NCBI GenBank assembly: GCA_963731655.1 | Contig: CAVSWL010000005.1 | Location: 361,862 to 425,861 of the forward strand | Origin: an uncultured Gammaproteobacteria bacterium | GTDB lineage: Bacteria > Pseudomonadota > Gammaproteobacteria > JAAEPA01 | Direction: 5' to 3' | Length of the DNA: 64,000 nucleotides | Shown here: positions 62,445 to 64,000 of the stretch, piece after piece | How the letters are laid out: each line of letters opens with the position of its first letter | Numbering within the stretch: position 1 is the stretch's first letter | Program-made: the position numbers and the translations under genes | Notes under the pieces: model-generated | The model's input: the letters and a program-made list of their open reading frames with translations, nothing else | The model's database searches: none | What the model was told of the DNA's origin: nothing

Positions 62445-63077
62445 ATGCCCGAGATCGCCGAACAGTTCAGCGATGCTACGCAACAGCGCGAAGCAGCCCA
62501 TCTCGGTATGTGGATATTCCTGGCAACGGAGGTGCTATTCTTCGGCGGCTTGTTTGCCGGCTATGTAGAGGGGCGGGTTCTTTATCCGGATGCGTTTGCC
62601 ACGGCGAGCCGTCACACCGATGTCGTCATCGGCACGATCAATACGGTTCTGCTCATGACCAGTAGCCTTTGCATGTCGCTCGCCGTGCGGTCCATAATAG
62701 TTGGTCAGCAACGGGCAGCGGTGTGGTGGATGGCGCTTACCCTGATGCTGGGGGTCGCCTTTCTGGGGCTCAAGGGAGTGGAATACACCGAGGACTTCCG
62801 CAAGCACCTGGTGCCGGCGCTGAACTTCCGGTTCGCGGGTCCCAATGCATCCGAGGCGCAGCTGTTTTTTATCTTATATTTTCTAATGACGGGTCTGCAT
62901 GCCATTCACCTCACCATTGGTGTGGGGGTGGTGGCCGTGCTGATGATCTTGATCGCGCGTGGGCGGTTCTCTCCGCACTACTACACGCCGGTGGAAATAG
63001 GCGGCCTGTATTGGCACTTCGTGGAAATTGTATGGATTTTCCTCTACCCGTTGTTGTACCTGGCGGCGCGGACATGA
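62445..63077 (+). CDS. coxC: Cytochrome c oxidase subunit III
   Basis: About 210 aa from ATG 62445 (AGGAG RBS). HLGMWIFLATEVLFFGGLF N-terminus typical of subunit III. The track ORF has a spurious 5' extension. Confidence 0.85.
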   Translation: MPEIAEQFSDATQQREAAHLGMWIFLATEVLFFGGLFAGYVEGRVLYPDAFATASRHTDVVIGTINTVLLMTSSLCMSLAVRSIIVGQQRAAVWWMALTLMLGVAFLGLKGVEYTEDFRKHLVPALNFRFAGPNASEAQLFFILYFLMTGLHAIHLTIGVGVVAVLMILIARGRFSPHYYTPVEIGGLYWHFVEIVWIFLYPLLYLAART

Positions 63078-63370
63078 AACACCGGTTGCCGCCGCTAAGG
63101 ACCTATCTACTGGTGTGGGGGGCGCTACTGTTGCTGCTTGGCTTAAATCTCGGCAGTGCGTACAGCGCCATGAGGGGCTTCAATGTTGCGGTTAACCTGG
63201 GTGTGGCGGTGATCCAGATGCTGCTGGTGATGGTGTTCTTCATGCACCTACGCCGAGAAGGCTCACTACTGCGGATCTTCTCGAGCATCGGCTTCGTCTG
63301 GCTACTGATATTGTTGACGCTGAGTCTCGCCGACTATTTTTCACGCATCCCAATCTCTTCTCCCTGGTAA
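63074..63370 (+). CDS. coxD: Cytochrome c oxidase subunit IV (prokaryotic small subunit)
   Basis: 98 aa, 3 TM. ATGA overlap with coxC. The track ORF 62669..63370 is a 5'-extended version. Confidence 0.7.
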   Translation: MKHRLPPLRTYLLVWGALLLLLGLNLGSAYSAMRGFNVAVNLGVAVIQMLLVMVFFMHLRREGSLLRIFSSIGFVWLLILLTLSLADYFSRIPISSPW

Positions 63371-63459
63371 GCTCCATAAGCCTTAGTTGCTGCTCAGATG
63401 GGTACTAAATATCTATGATCAGTCGATTCGGGTCGATGGCAGCGGCGGTTGGATAGGAG

Positions 63460-64000
63460 AATGGGGCCAATCAATGTTCGAACCGGTACGGTGGACGCAA
63501 TGAACTCGTTCATGCGGTTTCACAGCCACAGACTGTCGATCAATCCGTTGCTGCGGCAATCCAGACTTATGGGGGCAACGTGATCCGTTACTTCGGGCTG
63601 TTCCTGCCGGCGCTGTCTACGCTGCTGAGTATTTGGGCAACGATGATTGGCTACTCCGGCGGGTGGTTTGGAGTTGCGCTGTTCGGTCTGCTAACGCTGG
63701 TAGCACTGTGGGACTTATTCCAACCCTGGCATAACTTACGCCGCAATTACCCGCTGATTTCGCGCGTGCGCTGGTATATCGAAGCGATCCGACCGGAGTT
63801 GCGCCAATACCTATTTGAAGGCGAAACCGATGCTCGCCCATTTTCTCGCGAGCAACGCGAATTGATCTACGAGCGCGCCAAGGACGTCAACGATAAGCAT
63901 CCGTTCGGTACCCAGCACGACGTTTACGCCGGCGGCTTTGAATGGATTCAGCATTCTCTGATGCCATGCGAAGCCGTCGAAAATGGATTCCACATCGATA
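63460..64000 (+). CDS. FMN-binding glutamate-synthase-family protein (Glu_synthase domain), 5' part; continues beyond the window
   Basis: ATG 63460 with AGGAGA RBS. N-terminal TM helices, then NLRRNYPLISRVRWYIEAIRPELRQYLFEGETDARPFSREQRELIYERAKDVNDKHPFGTQHDVYAGGFEWIQHSLMP, the characteristic N-terminal block of this family. No stop before position 64000. Confidence 0.6.

Noticed and set aside
62669-63073. Long 5' extension of the coxD ORF running through coxC
   Set aside because: The frame is antisense-equivalent shadow within coxC. The true CoxIV start is ATG 63074 overlapping the coxC stop (ATGA).
1-64000. CRISPR arrays, tRNA and rRNA genes
   Set aside because: I scanned for regularly spaced 25-40-bp direct repeats and for tRNA T-loop/acceptor signatures (GTTCGANTC-like boxes with CCA-proximal stems) and found none. 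Repeats present are IS ends, target duplications and isolated palindromes only.

Overview
The 64 kb window looks bacterial, probably a high-GC proteobacterium, and is a mosaic of intact operons, gene decay, mobile elements and two AT-rich stretches (1.7-3.1 kb and about 11-24 kb). I used the six-frame track plus my own reading of both strands. No tRNA, rRNA or CRISPR array was found. From start to end:

1. An M50 site-2 protease with CBS domains, then a 1.4 kb AT-rich non-coding stretch and a hypothetical gene.
2. A decayed accessory region (3.7-9.0 kb): a composite VOC/RibD_C remnant, a Tn3-family transposase N-terminal stub, emrB-like and emrA-like efflux genes that are both frameshifted, twin TetR operators, a TetR gene and an isochorismatase-family gene truncated head-to-head, and an internally deleted alpha/beta hydrolase. 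Intact carboxymuconolactone-decarboxylase-family and SigJ-type ECF sigma genes follow.
3. A lower-GC block (about 11-24 kb): a small degenerate histidine kinase convergent on a 2005-aa CheB-CheR-PAS-HisKA-HATPase-REC-REC hybrid protein, and an envelope/stress set (small acidic protein, DUF4112, OmpA-family protein, a Pmp3/YqaE proteolipid gene missing from the ORF track, an AsmA-like protein, MipA/OmpV).
4. A GH15-like glycoside hydrolase split by two compensating frameshifts, translationally coupled to a GT4 glycosyltransferase.
5. YihY/BrkB, and a DUF4398 lipoprotein paired with a DUF4398-OmpA lipoprotein.
6. Two adjacent insertion sequences: an ISEcp1-like IS1380-family element with recognisable inverted repeats, and an ISAs1-family element flanked by an 11-bp direct repeat whose transposase is split exactly at an A_AAA_AAG slippery heptamer.
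7. An intact GH15 hydrolase, a CPA1 antiporter, and a DUF4396 His-rich membrane protein.
8. A tight five-gene operon: mandelate-racemase-like enzyme, YdiJ-like FAD/Fe-S 2-hydroxyacid oxidase, SDR, ASRT-like small protein, and a CYP152 P450 peroxygenase. I propose it is a fatty-acid alpha-oxidation module and rate it the most interesting candidate in the window.
9. A CDF transporter and a HAD phosphatase.
10. A complete alternative complex III (actABCDEF) plus caa3-type cytochrome c oxidase (SCO1, coxBACD) cluster. Here actA carries a 13-nt imperfect tandem duplication that separates its membrane anchor from the heme domain.
11. The 5' part of an FMN-binding glutamate-synthase-family gene running off the window end.

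The window has a high density of disrupted genes (at least ten), which means either real genome decay or an error-prone assembly.
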